A stretch of 64,000 nucleotides of DNA, from positions 80,189-144,188 of the forward strand of contig JAIPHX010000002.1 in assembly GCA_021734995.1 (NCBI GenBank), written 5' to 3'. The notes under the pieces were generated by a model. That model was not told the DNA's origin, did not search any database, and saw only the letters and a program-made list of their open reading frames with translations. Positions 46,945 through 57,303 of this stretch are shown here, one piece after another. Position 1 is the stretch's first letter. Each line of letters starts with the position of its first letter. Made by a program: the position numbers and the translations under genes. The stretch is from Minisyncoccota bacterium (GTDB lineage: Bacteria > Patescibacteriota > Minisyncoccia > Phycocordibacterales > UBA9973).

Positions 46945-47009
46945 ACCTTAAGCTAAAAATTATTCCGCTCAAGGCAGTATGTTAATAAAAATATTTTTCT
47001 ATACAGAAA

Positions 47010-47372
47010 CTAGTCGTTTAGATGCTCTTTGCAAGTGTGGGCTGCTGGATTAGCTTCTAGCCTGTCTTCTTCTATTTCACCACCACATACATCACACAAA
47101 CCAAAAGAATCCTTATGAAGCTCAATCAAGGATTCTTCTATGGAAGACAATCTTGCTTGTAAAACTTCTAAAATAGAAACTCTAGACTCGGAATCTTCAA
47201 ATCTATCTGCCATGTCGTTTTGATCTGATTCTGGTTCTTCTATTTTTTCAGGCACAGCTTCCCATTCGTTTGTCTCAGAATTAAATACCCCAATATCAGA
47301 CAAATCTGCCAATATTTCTGCTTTCTCTTCCTCCAACTTTTGTTTTATTTGTGCTTTTTTATTCATAAACAA
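47010..47372 (-). CDS. DksA/TraR family C4 zinc-finger protein
   Basis: C-terminal CDVCGGEIEEDRLEANPAAHTCKEH matches C..CG..I...RL.A.P.A..C; acidic coiled-coil N-terminus. Confidence 0.7.
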   Translation of the reverse strand: MFMNKKAQIKQKLEEEKAEILADLSDIGVFNSETNEWEAVPEKIEEPESDQNDMADRFEDSESRVSILEVLQARLSSIEESLIELHKDSFGLCDVCGGEIEEDRLEANPAAHTCKEHLND

Positions 47373-47416
47373 ATATTAGCACATTAAAAAAGAAAGGTAA
47401 ATTATCTTGTTTGGGC

Positions 47417-48277
47417 TTATTTTTTAATTTTCCCGCTCAACAATCTAAGTATTATCTCTCTAGCTGTATCAATATTGTCAGTAATCACTACTGAATCATT
47501 GCTAGAAAAAACATACATCATTGCGATATTGCCATCTTTATCATATAAAATTCTAGCATTTTTGTTTACGATAAATTTGTCTTCAAATGGTTTGACTGTA
47601 AGGTATATATTTTCATTAGTAATCTCTGTCCCAAAAAAATTACTCATATCAGCAAAAAGGCTTTTTTCCCAAATAAGCATTTTGGGAAAAACATCTGTAA
47701 AGGATCTAGCTTTCAAAAGAATAAATGGGTGTTTGGTGTTTTCTTTAGTTTTAAATACCCCCATTAAAAATCCTGTTTTTAAAACATTAATTCCCTCCAA
47801 AGGATATGATGAATTAATTTTTTCTAAAAACATTCTAGAACTCAAAACATTCTTTCCCTCAGAAAAATACACACCCTCCATTCCTCCAATCTTCACATCT
47901 GTATTTGATATTTGGTTGTAAAACAAAGTAGCAACTTCGTTTTTGGTTGGAAGATTATCTATTTCTAAAAAAGTAGTTTTATCTGTAAAGATAATCGGTG
48001 TAAACTGAGTATCCACTATAGCTGTAAAAACATTTTCTTTTAAAAAAACAGAAGCAAAGACAGCTCCTGTCGCCCCAATTATCAAAAAAAGGCCAATTAA
48101 CATAAAAATTTTATTTTTAGTGCTTTCGGGAGATAAGTTTTTCTTTTGTAAATCTCGTTCTTCTTCTTCGTGAATAATCTTTTTTATCAATCCCCCTTTT
48201 TCATGCTCCAAAACCCTGACCATGTCGTCAGTAAAGGTTTCAATATTTTTTAATTTTGGTTTATTATCAGAATCCAT
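47417..48277 (-). CDS. Hypothetical membrane-anchored protein
   Basis: 286 aa; one TM (IFMLIGLFLIIGATGAVFASVFL) after an ~55-aa N-terminus. Confidence 0.5.
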   Translation of the reverse strand: MDSDNKPKLKNIETFTDDMVRVLEHEKGGLIKKIIHEEEERDLQKKNLSPESTKNKIFMLIGLFLIIGATGAVFASVFLKENVFTAIVDTQFTPIIFTDKTTFLEIDNLPTKNEVATLFYNQISNTDVKIGGMEGVYFSEGKNVLSSRMFLEKINSSYPLEGINVLKTGFLMGVFKTKENTKHPFILLKARSFTDVFPKMLIWEKSLFADMSNFFGTEITNENIYLTVKPFEDKFIVNKNARILYDKDGNIAMMYVFSSNDSVVITDNIDTAREIILRLLSGKIKK

Positions 48278-48344
48278 TTTAAATAATGTTTACTGAATAC
48301 CCTTTTAGTATATTTTCAGTAATATTATATTCTATAATAACATT

Positions 48345-48375
48345 ATAACACTAAAGAGAAAATCTTTAGTGTTAT
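48345..48375 (-). terminator. Long hairpin downstream of pnp (putative terminator / RNA-stability element)
   Basis: ATAACACTAAAG(agaaaat)CTTTAGTGTTAT perfect 12-bp inverted repeat; no strong T-run, so termination function is uncertain. Confidence 0.45.
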
Positions 48376-48413
48376 AATCTACCTTCTTTATTTAAAATAT
48401 TAAAGCTTAGAAA

Positions 48414-50537
48414 CTAGGATTTTTTGAAAAAATCTTTATCAGCTTCTTTAATAGAAAGACTGATCCTACCTTTATCGTGCTCTACTCGTAAAACTTTTAC
48501 AGGTACAATCATTCCTTCTTTTACAACATCAGTAATTCTTTCTATCCTAAAAGGAGCAAGCTCTGATACATGCACCATTCCATCAACAAAAGCATTCAAT
48601 TTCACAAAAATACCAAAGTCAGCAATCTTTACGACTTCTCCTTTAAGCATTTCTCCTGGTTGAAATTCTCTAGTCATTTCAAAAATCATTTCTTTTGCCT
48701 TCATTGCAGAATCCCCTACTCCAGTAAGATATACTGTGCCATCATCTTCTATTGTAATCTCCGCTCCAGTCTTTTCTTTTAATTCTTTTATAGTCTTTCC
48801 TCCACTACCGATCACCATTCCAATCTGGTCTGGTTTTATCTTCATAGTCAAAATCTTTGGTGCGTTTGGAGAAATATCTTTTCTAGGAGCTGAAATTTCT
48901 TTTTCAATAACATCCAAAATAGTAAGTCTTGCTTTTACGGCTTGTTTCATTGCTTCATCAAGTATTTTTATTGAAACCCCATCTACTTTCACATCAAGCT
49001 GTATTGCTGTAATACCATTTCTAGTTCCTGCCACTTTAAAATCCATATCACCATGATGATCTTCTGGCCCTTGAATATCTGTCAAAATTTTATATTTATC
49101 TTCTGATTCATACATAAGCCCCATTGCAATACCTGCAACAGGAGCTTTAATCGGCACCCCTCCGTCCATCAATGCTAAAGTACCAGCACAGATAGAAGCT
49201 TGAGAAGTAGATCCGTTTGAAGCCATTGATTCAGAAACCAAACGCATTGTATATGGAAAATCTTCTACTTTTGGCAACACCATAGCAAGAGCTTTTTCGG
49301 CTAATGCTCCGTGTCCAACTTCGCGACGATTTGTAAATCCGGCTCTTCCTGTCTCTCCTGCAGAATATGGTGGGAAGTTATAATGGTGCATAAATCTTTT
49401 TTCTATATTTGCTTCCATTCCGTCAACCATATATTTGTCTTCAGGTCCTCCCAATGTAAGCACAGAGAATACATGAGTACCTCCTCTATAAAAAATACCA
49501 GAGCCGTGCAAAATAGAAGACATCCCCCCTGCTTGAGCATACAAAGAACGAACTACATCCATTTCCCTTCCATCAGCTCTTTTGTTTTCATTTACTGCCT
49601 TTTGGTGTAAAATTTCATTTTCTTTATCGTCAAACAAATCATCTTCTAAAGCAAAATCTTCTTTCTCAGGATCTTTTTCTTTATAATATTCACGAACTAG
49701 ATTATTCCACTCTGTATGCAATTCATCTATTTCTTTTTTACCTGGACCAGAAAAAATAGCCCCCTCCATTTTTGGTAAAATCTTTTCATTAAACAAAGAG
49801 ACAGATTCATCTGCTATCTTTTCTTTAGCTAAGACTCTTTTTTCTTTACCAATCTCAGTAACTATTTTCTTTTGAAAATCTTCAAGTTTTGTAATCTCTC
49901 CGCTTGCTTTATGCAACGCTTCGGTAATACCATCTTCTGACTCCTCATGAGCAGCCGCTTCTATCATATTTATACTTTGATTTTTTCCACATACCAACAA
50001 ATCAAATTTGTATTTATCATTATCTTCTCTAAGGTTTCTAGGTGCATTTATTTTTAAAGTATCGTCATCATACTTACCAATACGTACAGCTCCGATTGGT
50101 CCATCCCAAGGAATATTTGACACTGCCAAAGCTAAAGAGGCTGCATTTACCGCAAGAACCACAGGATCATTTTCATCTAAAGAAATTACTGTCACAATCA
50201 CTTGTACAGCATGTCTGATAGATTGATCAAAAAGAGGACGAAGAGTCCTGTCTATTACACGACTAGCCAAAACTGCATCCTCTGATGGTTTTCCTTCTCT
50301 GCGCACAAAACGAGAACCTAAAATTTTACCACCAGCGTAAAACTTTTCCATATAATCCACTGTAAGATTAAAAAATCCCAAACCTGCTTGTTTGTCTCTA
50401 GACATACAAGCAGTAGCCAAAACAATAGTTTCACCATATTTTAACAATACTGATCCATGAGCTTGATCAGCCAAATCACTAAAGATAGCAGTCATTGTTT
50501 TGCCACCTATCTCTACACTATATTCTTTCTTTTCCAT
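48414..50537 (-). CDS. pnp: Polynucleotide phosphorylase
   Basis: Two RNase PH domains, KH domain (GMVIGSGGKTIKELKEKTG), C-terminal S1 domain (GEMLKGEVVKIADFGIFVKL); 707 aa. Confidence 0.95.
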   Translation of the reverse strand: MEKKEYSVEIGGKTMTAIFSDLADQAHGSVLLKYGETIVLATACMSRDKQAGLGFFNLTVDYMEKFYAGGKILGSRFVRREGKPSEDAVLASRVIDRTLRPLFDQSIRHAVQVIVTVISLDENDPVVLAVNAASLALAVSNIPWDGPIGAVRIGKYDDDTLKINAPRNLREDNDKYKFDLLVCGKNQSINMIEAAAHEESEDGITEALHKASGEITKLEDFQKKIVTEIGKEKRVLAKEKIADESVSLFNEKILPKMEGAIFSGPGKKEIDELHTEWNNLVREYYKEKDPEKEDFALEDDLFDDKENEILHQKAVNENKRADGREMDVVRSLYAQAGGMSSILHGSGIFYRGGTHVFSVLTLGGPEDKYMVDGMEANIEKRFMHHYNFPPYSAGETGRAGFTNRREVGHGALAEKALAMVLPKVEDFPYTMRLVSESMASNGSTSQASICAGTLALMDGGVPIKAPVAGIAMGLMYESEDKYKILTDIQGPEDHHGDMDFKVAGTRNGITAIQLDVKVDGVSIKILDEAMKQAVKARLTILDVIEKEISAPRKDISPNAPKILTMKIKPDQIGMVIGSGGKTIKELKEKTGAEITIEDDGTVYLTGVGDSAMKAKEMIFEMTREFQPGEMLKGEVVKIADFGIFVKLNAFVDGMVHVSELAPFRIERITDVVKEGMIVPVKVLRVEHDKGRISLSIKEADKDFFKKS

Positions 50538-50776
50538 GCTTTTTAATTTTCACTTACTTATTTTTTAAAGGACATCTCGTGATATCCCCAAAAAACAAAG
50601 CTGTGAAACACGGTTCCTCAAATGAGTTTGACTTCGTATCAAATTCTTCAGACTAAAGTATTGTTCCCTTCAGAAACCGGAACACTACTATCTGTCTGAA
50701 GATGAACCGGATTAACTTATAATTTACTATCATCCTAACACTAGGGGAGTAAAAAGCAAGACTTTTATAATTTTTA

Positions 50777-51298
50777 CTAGCGAACTTTTATATTCCCCAT
50801 CAAAAACTTTTTAGGGCTATCGGATAAGTCCACAAAATCATCTGCTGATTCTTTTAGTTTCATAGAAGTTGTTTTACCGAAAGAAACCACCTCCACTTGT
50901 GCTCCTGTATAGTTTTGTAAATATTCTACCAATGGGACAAAATCCCCATCTCCAGAAATCAAAATAACTGCGTCGAGTCTGCTTGCCATTCTCATAACAT
51001 CTACCGTAAGCCCGACATCCCAATCTCCTTTTTTACTTCCAGAGTGAAAAATCTGTAAATCTTTTGTCTTTGTCTCTATTCCAAGCTTTGTAAGAGCATC
51101 AAAAAAGTTTTTCTCTTCCCCTGCCTCTGTGGTGATCACATAAGCAATAGCACGGACAAGCTTTCTACCAGCCACTGCTTCTTTTAGCACAGCTCCGAAG
51201 TCTACTCGTGCTTTGTATAAATTGCGAGCGGAATGATATAGGTTTTGTGTGTCTATGAAAATTCCAACTCTTTGTTCTTTGTGTTTTATTACTGTCAT
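50777..51298 (-). CDS. NYN domain (LabA/DUF88-like) protein
   Basis: VGIFIDTQNLYHSAR...ILISGDGDFVPLVEYLQ matches the NYN/PIN-like ribonuclease fold. Confidence 0.7.
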   Translation of the reverse strand: MTVIKHKEQRVGIFIDTQNLYHSARNLYKARVDFGAVLKEAVAGRKLVRAIAYVITTEAGEEKNFFDALTKLGIETKTKDLQIFHSGSKKGDWDVGLTVDVMRMASRLDAVILISGDGDFVPLVEYLQNYTGAQVEVVSFGKTTSMKLKESADDFVDLSDSPKKFLMGNIKVR

Positions 51299-51395
51299 AT
51301 GTATTTATAATACCACACTCACTGTCAAAATGGTGTAGCTCTAATTTAATTGTTAAATATTTTTATAATATCTCGTGTAAATAAAAAAAATGGAA

Positions 51396-51656
51396 CTATT
51401 TGTCCATTTTTTTTACTAAAGCGGAGTGACGAGATTTGTCTTTGCGTTCAAGATATTTTAAATGAGTCCTTCTGTCTGCTACCATTTTTATAAGACCACG
51501 GCGAGAGCTATTGTCTTTCTTGTGTGTCTTTAAATGATTTGCAAGCTCACTAATTTGTTCAGAAAGGACGGCCACTTGAACATCAATAGAACCTGTGTCT
51601 TTCTCGTGAATTTGGCTTTTCTTTATAACTTTTTGTTTCTTTTTGGTGTCTAACAT
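51396..51656 (-). CDS. rpsO: 30S ribosomal protein S15
   Basis: 86 aa; GSIDVQVAVLSEQISELANHLKTHKKDNSSRRGLIKMVADRRTHLKYL S15 signature. Confidence 0.9.
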   Translation of the reverse strand: MLDTKKKQKVIKKSQIHEKDTGSIDVQVAVLSEQISELANHLKTHKKDNSSRRGLIKMVADRRTHLKYLERKDKSRHSALVKKMDK

Positions 51657-51704
51657 TTTTTAATCATAGCATAAACTAGAAAAAAATGCAAGCCCCAAAA
51701 GGCT

Positions 51705-52760
51705 CTAAAACCAATTGAAAAGTTTGGCAACGAAGAGGACATAAAGAGCCAAGAAAAATGCCCCTTCCCATAGATATATTTTTTTAGATATTCCTGATAT
51801 AACAAATAGAAGTGTTGCCATTGCCATTACAGGTACACCAATAGCAAAAGTTTGTGTATCTACAGAAAGTTTACCGACAAGTCCTGGAAGACCTACCACT
51901 ACTAATGCGTTAAACACATTTGAACCAAAAATGTTTCCAAGGGCAATTTCTGATTTCTTTTGCAATGCAGCTCTGACTGACACTAGAAGCTCCGGCAAAG
52001 ATGTCCCAATAGCCACTGCGGTAATAGAAATAACTCCTACTCCAATATTCAACAAAGAAGAAAGGTTAATCAAAGAATCTATCAAATATTTTGCACCAAA
52101 AACTAGACCCACTAATCCCACAGCCAACATAACAAAATCTTTGACTTTCAACTTGGGACGAACAGTATTTGCTTTTAACTCTAAATCTTCTAAAACATCT
52201 TTTTTTAGTTCTGCTTCTTCTCTTCTTATTCTTGCTTCATCTTCATCTGCAGGAGAATCATCCCTCTCTTTGTGCATCACTGTATACAAAAGATATATCC
52301 CATAAGTAGCAAGCATTAGTATAGACTCCCCTAAAGTAATCTGTTGATCCCATAAAACCCCAAGCATTAATGCAGTACTGAGCGCGAGTAACGGAAGATC
52401 AAGGTTAATCAAACTTTTACTAACAATTAGTTTTTTGCCTATCAAAGCAGAAAATCCTACTATCAACAAAATGTTGGCGATGTTTGACCCGACAGCATTT
52501 GCTACTACCACTTCACTTACATTTTGCATTACTGCTATAAAAGAAGAGAAAAGTTCTGGTAAAGAAGTTCCAATACCGACTATGGTAACTCCAACAATAA
52601 AAGGAGACAGGCCTAAAGCGAGTCCAATCTTCTCTGCGCTTTCTATGAGCCAATCAGCTCCTTTTACAAGGACAAACAAAGAAATCACAAAAACGATAAT
52701 CCAAAATATAAGCATTGTATTAAAAATTATTTTTAAATTAAAATTAAGTAACAAATACAT
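51705..52760 (-). CDS. Ca2+/Na+ antiporter (CaCA family, YrbG-like)
   Basis: Two alpha-repeats with GTSLPEL (GIGTSLPELFSS, AIGTSLPELLVS); ~10 TM. Confidence 0.85.
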   Translation of the reverse strand: MYLLLNFNLKIIFNTMLIFWIIVFVISLFVLVKGADWLIESAEKIGLALGLSPFIVGVTIVGIGTSLPELFSSFIAVMQNVSEVVVANAVGSNIANILLIVGFSALIGKKLIVSKSLINLDLPLLALSTALMLGVLWDQQITLGESILMLATYGIYLLYTVMHKERDDSPADEDEARIRREEAELKKDVLEDLELKANTVRPKLKVKDFVMLAVGLVGLVFGAKYLIDSLINLSSLLNIGVGVISITAVAIGTSLPELLVSVRAALQKKSEIALGNIFGSNVFNALVVVGLPGLVGKLSVDTQTFAIGVPVMAMATLLFVISGISKKIYLWEGAFFLALYVLFVAKLFNWF

Positions 52761-52916
52761 TAAAGCATATATTGACTAAAAAATTCAACACTCAAGACAA
52801 AAAACATTTGCGTTTAGATACTTGTTCTAATTCCAAAAATTATAACTTGGCACAAAAAAGGCTTTTTAGATTACAAAAATATGTTAATATATTTATATTA
52901 GTAATTTTTTATAGCT

Positions 52917-54602
52917 TTGGAAATATTTACAGAAATCAGCATAATACTCATCATCACTACCGTTATCGCGGTAATTTTTAAAATGTTACGACAACCCATC
53001 GTAATCGGATATTTGATTAGTGGTATTATCGTTGGCCCCTATGCTCTAAATATTTTACAATCAAATGATCAAGTAGAATTATTTTCTCAGATAGGTATAT
53101 CCGTATTGCTCTTTATTGTTGGATTAAGTCTAAACCCAGATACCATAAAAGATACAGGCAAGTCTTCACTTATCACAGGTATCGGCCAGATAGTTTTCAC
53201 ATCTGTGTTTGGTTTCATGATAATGAAAGCCCTTGGTTATTCAGATATAATTTCTTTATATTCATCTATTGCTCTCACCTTCAGCAGTACTATCATAATT
53301 TTAAAACTTTTATCGGACAGAGGAGATCTAGGTACTCTGTATGGAAAAATCTCAATAGGATTTTTGTTGGTGCAAGATGTTGTCGCTACAATATTGTTAA
53401 TCATAGTTCCGTTGGTTGGAGCACACAATTCTACAAATGGAAATCTTGGTGGGCAGTTTGTGAAACTTTTCTCAAGTGGGGTGTTAATCAGTATCTTACT
53501 CTACCTTATATCAAAATATATACTACCTAAATTCTCTGACTACTTAGCAAAATCCTCAGAATTACTTTTTATCTTTTCTGTTTCATGGGGGTTAGTTTTA
53601 GCTACTTTGTTTTATAAAATAGGATTCTCTATAGAGATAGGGGCTTTAATTGCAGGTGTTACTCTTTCCGCTTCAAAATATGCTTATGAAATTAGCTCCC
53701 GAATGAGACCCCTCCGTGACTTTTTTATTGTAATGTTTTTTGTTTTACTAGGATCTCATCTAGCTTTTGGAAATATTCAAAGCCTAATCATCCCTGCGGT
53801 AATCCTCTCACTATTTGTTTTAATTGGTAACCCATTGATTGTATTCATTCTAATGAACTTGCTTGGTTACAAAAATAAAACTTCCTTCATGGCAGGATTG
53901 ACCGTTGCCCAGATCAGTGAATTTTCTTTGATTTTAATTTCATTAGGATATTCTTTGGGACACCTAGATCAAGCATCTGTAACTCTGATTACTTTTGTAG
54001 GAATCATCACAATTGCGGGCTCCACATATTTTGTCATTTATGCAAATGAAATTTTTTACTTCCTTTCAAAGATTCTTCAAAAAATAGCCATTCGTAAAAA
54101 ATTAAAAGACATTGAATTGGAAGATGATTCTGCTCATGAAATGCTCATTTTTGGATTTGGAAGAGTAGGCTCAGAATTTGTAGAGAAAGCAACCGAGAAA
54201 AAAATAAGTTACTTGGCTGTAGATTATGATCCTGAAGTTTTCCAAAATGAAAAAATAGACAGAGAACATTATCGCTTTGGAGATGTAGAAGACTTAGAAT
54301 TTTTAGAAGAAATAAAATTAAAAGAAGCAAAAATAGTAATCTCTACTATTCCTGATCTGCATACAAATATTTTACTTACTCGTTTTTATAGAGCAGAAAA
54401 CAAAACAGGCACTATGATTATAGTTTGTCACACAGCTAAAGACGCAGAAACATTGTACTCTGAAGGTGTCACTTATGTAATACTCCCCCACTACCTTGGA
54501 GCATACCACGCAGTAAAAATGCTTTCTGAAATGGAGACAAATCAAAATGTATTTGATGAAGCAAAAAAAGTGCAGAAAAAACAAATCAGTAAACACTCTT
54601 AA
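52917..54602 (+). CDS. Monovalent cation:proton antiporter (CPA2/Kef-type) with C-terminal RCK/TrkA-N domain
   Basis: 12-13 TM N-terminal transporter domain; C-terminal Rossmann GFGRVG (TrkA-N). Confidence 0.85.
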   Translation: MEIFTEISIILIITTVIAVIFKMLRQPIVIGYLISGIIVGPYALNILQSNDQVELFSQIGISVLLFIVGLSLNPDTIKDTGKSSLITGIGQIVFTSVFGFMIMKALGYSDIISLYSSIALTFSSTIIILKLLSDRGDLGTLYGKISIGFLLVQDVVATILLIIVPLVGAHNSTNGNLGGQFVKLFSSGVLISILLYLISKYILPKFSDYLAKSSELLFIFSVSWGLVLATLFYKIGFSIEIGALIAGVTLSASKYAYEISSRMRPLRDFFIVMFFVLLGSHLAFGNIQSLIIPAVILSLFVLIGNPLIVFILMNLLGYKNKTSFMAGLTVAQISEFSLILISLGYSLGHLDQASVTLITFVGIITIAGSTYFVIYANEIFYFLSKILQKIAIRKKLKDIELEDDSAHEMLIFGFGRVGSEFVEKATEKKISYLAVDYDPEVFQNEKIDREHYRFGDVEDLEFLEEIKLKEAKIVISTIPDLHTNILLTRFYRAENKTGTMIIVCHTAKDAETLYSEGVTYVILPHYLGAYHAVKMLSEMETNQNVFDEAKKVQKKQISKHS

Positions 54603-54714
54603 ACATATTTGATTGTTTGATTGCAGATATTTTTTAAACAAAAAAATATCTATAGAAAAAATATTGCACTGCTAGATACTACATCGGCAAAGAGTGTTCA
54701 AAAATATTTCTGTA

Positions 54715-55722
54715 CTATTTTCTACTATGAAATTTTTTATGCACCTCTCTCAAAGCTTTATCAGTGAAGTGAGTATATACCTGAGTGGTCGAAATATTTG
54801 CATGTCCAAGCATTATTTGAACGCTACGAATATCTGCACCGTTAGAAAGTAAATCTGTAGCAAAAGAGTGTCTTATTACATGCGGTGTAACTTTTTTTGA
54901 AATCCCTGCTTTTATAGCATAGTATTTTACCAATCTTTCTATGGACCTAGTAGTAAGTCTGGTCGGAGCTTTTTGAGAAGCACTTTTGTTTTGTTTTTTC
55001 TTTTCACCATTTCCCTCTTTTCCATCTTTTATTTTTTTATTACTTTGGTTTTTTTCTTCTTTCGCGCCAAACCTATTTGGAATATTTACAAACAAGGCTT
55101 CTTCCATATCTTTTCTTTTTGCTAAATATTCTTTGATTACTTTTTTAGCACTATCTGACAAAAAAACTACCCTGATTTTTTCTCCCTTGCCTCTTATGGA
55201 AAATTCATCTTTAGACAAATCTAAATCTCTATTCAAAGAAACAAGCTCGGAGACACGAAGACCTGTAGAAAAAAATAATTCTAAAATTGCTTTATCTCTC
55301 AGATCTTTTAAATCATTTCCGTCTGGTCCTGCGAGCAACCTCCCAAGCTCCTCTACGCTTATCAAATCCAATCCCCTTTCTTTTGTTTTTGCTAGTTCTA
55401 TTTTATCTGGAGCAATAGCTTGTATCCCTCTTTTATTTAAAAATTTTAAAAAAACTCGCAAAGCAATCAAGTAATAATTCTGCGTATTTTTCTTCATAGT
55501 GCTTTCTGTCTGCCCACGAACCTTTGCTCCTTTTTGTCTATTTAAAAATAATCTAAACTCTCTAATCTTATCTTCAGAAATATCTCTAGGAGAATTTACT
55601 CCTGAAAATTCAAAAAATCTTGTAAGGTATCTTTCATAATTAGCAACAGTTTTTAAGCTTGAGCCTTTCTCAATCTCTAAATATTCTAAAAACCCTCTTT
55701 TTAACTTATCCATTTCTTTCAT
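54715..55722 (-). CDS. Tyrosine recombinase XerC/XerD family
   Basis: N-terminal SAM-like domain; catalytic R...HVIRHSFAT...LGHANISTTQVYTH; lysine-rich low-complexity insert. Confidence 0.85.
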   Translation of the reverse strand: MKEMDKLKRGFLEYLEIEKGSSLKTVANYERYLTRFFEFSGVNSPRDISEDKIREFRLFLNRQKGAKVRGQTESTMKKNTQNYYLIALRVFLKFLNKRGIQAIAPDKIELAKTKERGLDLISVEELGRLLAGPDGNDLKDLRDKAILELFFSTGLRVSELVSLNRDLDLSKDEFSIRGKGEKIRVVFLSDSAKKVIKEYLAKRKDMEEALFVNIPNRFGAKEEKNQSNKKIKDGKEGNGEKKKQNKSASQKAPTRLTTRSIERLVKYYAIKAGISKKVTPHVIRHSFATDLLSNGADIRSVQIMLGHANISTTQVYTHFTDKALREVHKKFHSRK

Positions 55723-55906
55723 TCATCATATTTTACCATTATTTAAAAGAGATGTCGCACAATATTTTTTAACACAATGTTTTACATACTCCCCTGCTAA
55801 CATTTGTTTTCAAATATATATTATCAAAAGCTAATGAGAAAATGATAAATCAAATGCTGGAAAGTCAAAAAGAATATCTAAAAAATAAAAATGTTATAAT
55901 AATAAG

Positions 55907-56713
55907 ATGAAAATAATTAGCTGGAACGTAAATGGGATACGAGCTGTGCACAAAAAAGGAATGTTTTTTCTCTTTTTAGAAAAATACAATCCTGATATTT
56001 TATGTTTGCAAGAAACAAAAGCAGAACAAAGCCAAAATGAAATGGTCTTACCTCTGTATGAAGAATATTGGAATTCTGCTGAAAAAAAAGGATACAGTGG
56101 GACTGCTATTTTTATAAAAAAAGAAATAGTAAAAAAAGAAACACCTAAAGTTTTTTATGACTTCCCTGACTCAATTCAAAAGAAATACAAACTCAAAGAT
56201 AAATATGGTAATGCTGGTAAGGAAGGACGCGTAGTTACTTTAGAAACTGAAAAATTTTATGTTGTGTCTGTGTATACTCCAAACGCAAAAGATGATCTAT
56301 CTAGAATTCCTCTTCGTTTCAAAAACTGGGATCCAGCATTTTTGGAATACGTGAAAATGTTAGAAAAAAAGAAACCTGTAATATTTTGTGGTGACTTAAA
56401 TGTGGCACACAAAGAAGAAGATTTGGCTAGACCGAAAGAGAACAAAGGAAAGAAAGGGTTCACAAGCGAAGAACGTGAAGGAATAGACAAGGTTGTTGAT
56501 GGAGGATTCTTAGACACGTTTAGAATTTTTACAAAAGAAAACGGACACTATACTTGGTGGAGTCATTTTGCAAATGCTCGTGCAAGAAATGTAGGGTGGA
56601 GAATAGATTATATTTTTACAAGCAAAAAACTTTCTTCAAAAATACAAAAGGCAGAAATCCTCTCAGATGTATTCGGTTCTGACCATTGTCCTGTAATGAT
56701 TGAATTAAAATAA
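55907..56713 (+). CDS. xth: Exodeoxyribonuclease III (AP endonuclease)
   Basis: KIISWNVNGIRA, LCLQETK, FCGDLNVAH, SDHCPVMIEL EEP-fold motifs. Confidence 0.9.
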   Translation: MKIISWNVNGIRAVHKKGMFFLFLEKYNPDILCLQETKAEQSQNEMVLPLYEEYWNSAEKKGYSGTAIFIKKEIVKKETPKVFYDFPDSIQKKYKLKDKYGNAGKEGRVVTLETEKFYVVSVYTPNAKDDLSRIPLRFKNWDPAFLEYVKMLEKKKPVIFCGDLNVAHKEEDLARPKENKGKKGFTSEEREGIDKVVDGGFLDTFRIFTKENGHYTWWSHFANARARNVGWRIDYIFTSKKLSSKIQKAEILSDVFGSDHCPVMIELK

Positions 56714-56724
56714 TAAAAAACTTT

Positions 56725-57303
56725 ATGGATTACAAAACTATCTTGGGTGGCATTTCGATAGCAATTCAACTCTTTGCTTACTTTATATATTTTAAAGGAA
56801 TCTATAACGGGAAAACAAAGCCTCATGCTTTTACTTGGTTTGTTTGGGGAGTGCTGAGTATTATCGGCTTTAGTGCTATATACACATCAAATGGAGGAGC
56901 TGGATCATGGCTTACTTTTGTAAATATTATTGCTTGTTTTGCTGTAGCCACCATTGGGATAGTTCAAAAACATGTGAAATATGATAAATATGACTGGCTT
57001 GCTTTATTTGGTGCTTTGCTTGGAGCAGGCCTTTGGTGGATTACTAAAAATCCATTATATGCTGTAATATTAATATCTATATCTGATTTCATTTGTGTAA
57101 TACCAACATTAAGAAAAGCTTACAGGTTCCCTTTTGAAGAAAACGCCTTATCTTTTAGTATGGCTCTGATGTACTATCCTTTATCAATATTAGCACTAGA
57201 GTCACTTACCGTAACAACATGGCTCTACCCTGCCTCTATTGTTTTCACTGATATGTTTTTGGTTTGTATGATTTTGTGGAGGAGGAAAACATTAACTAAA
57301 TAA
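56725..57303 (+). CDS. Hypothetical polytopic membrane protein
   Basis: 192 aa, ~6 predicted TM helices; no domain recognised. Confidence 0.5.
   Translation: MDYKTILGGISIAIQLFAYFIYFKGIYNGKTKPHAFTWFVWGVLSIIGFSAIYTSNGGAGSWLTFVNIIACFAVATIGIVQKHVKYDKYDWLALFGALLGAGLWWITKNPLYAVILISISDFICVIPTLRKAYRFPFEENALSFSMALMYYPLSILALESLTVTTWLYPASIVFTDMFLVCMILWRRKTLTK

Noticed and set aside
54715-55722. Tyrosine recombinase as marker of an integrated mobile element
   Set aside because: The N-terminal SAM-like domain and C-terminal HVIRHSFAT...LGHANISTTQVYTH are typical of chromosomal XerC/XerD. Flanking genes (Kef antiporter, xth) are housekeeping, and no flanking direct repeats were seen. More likely the dimer-resolution recombinase, though the Lys-rich insert is unusual.
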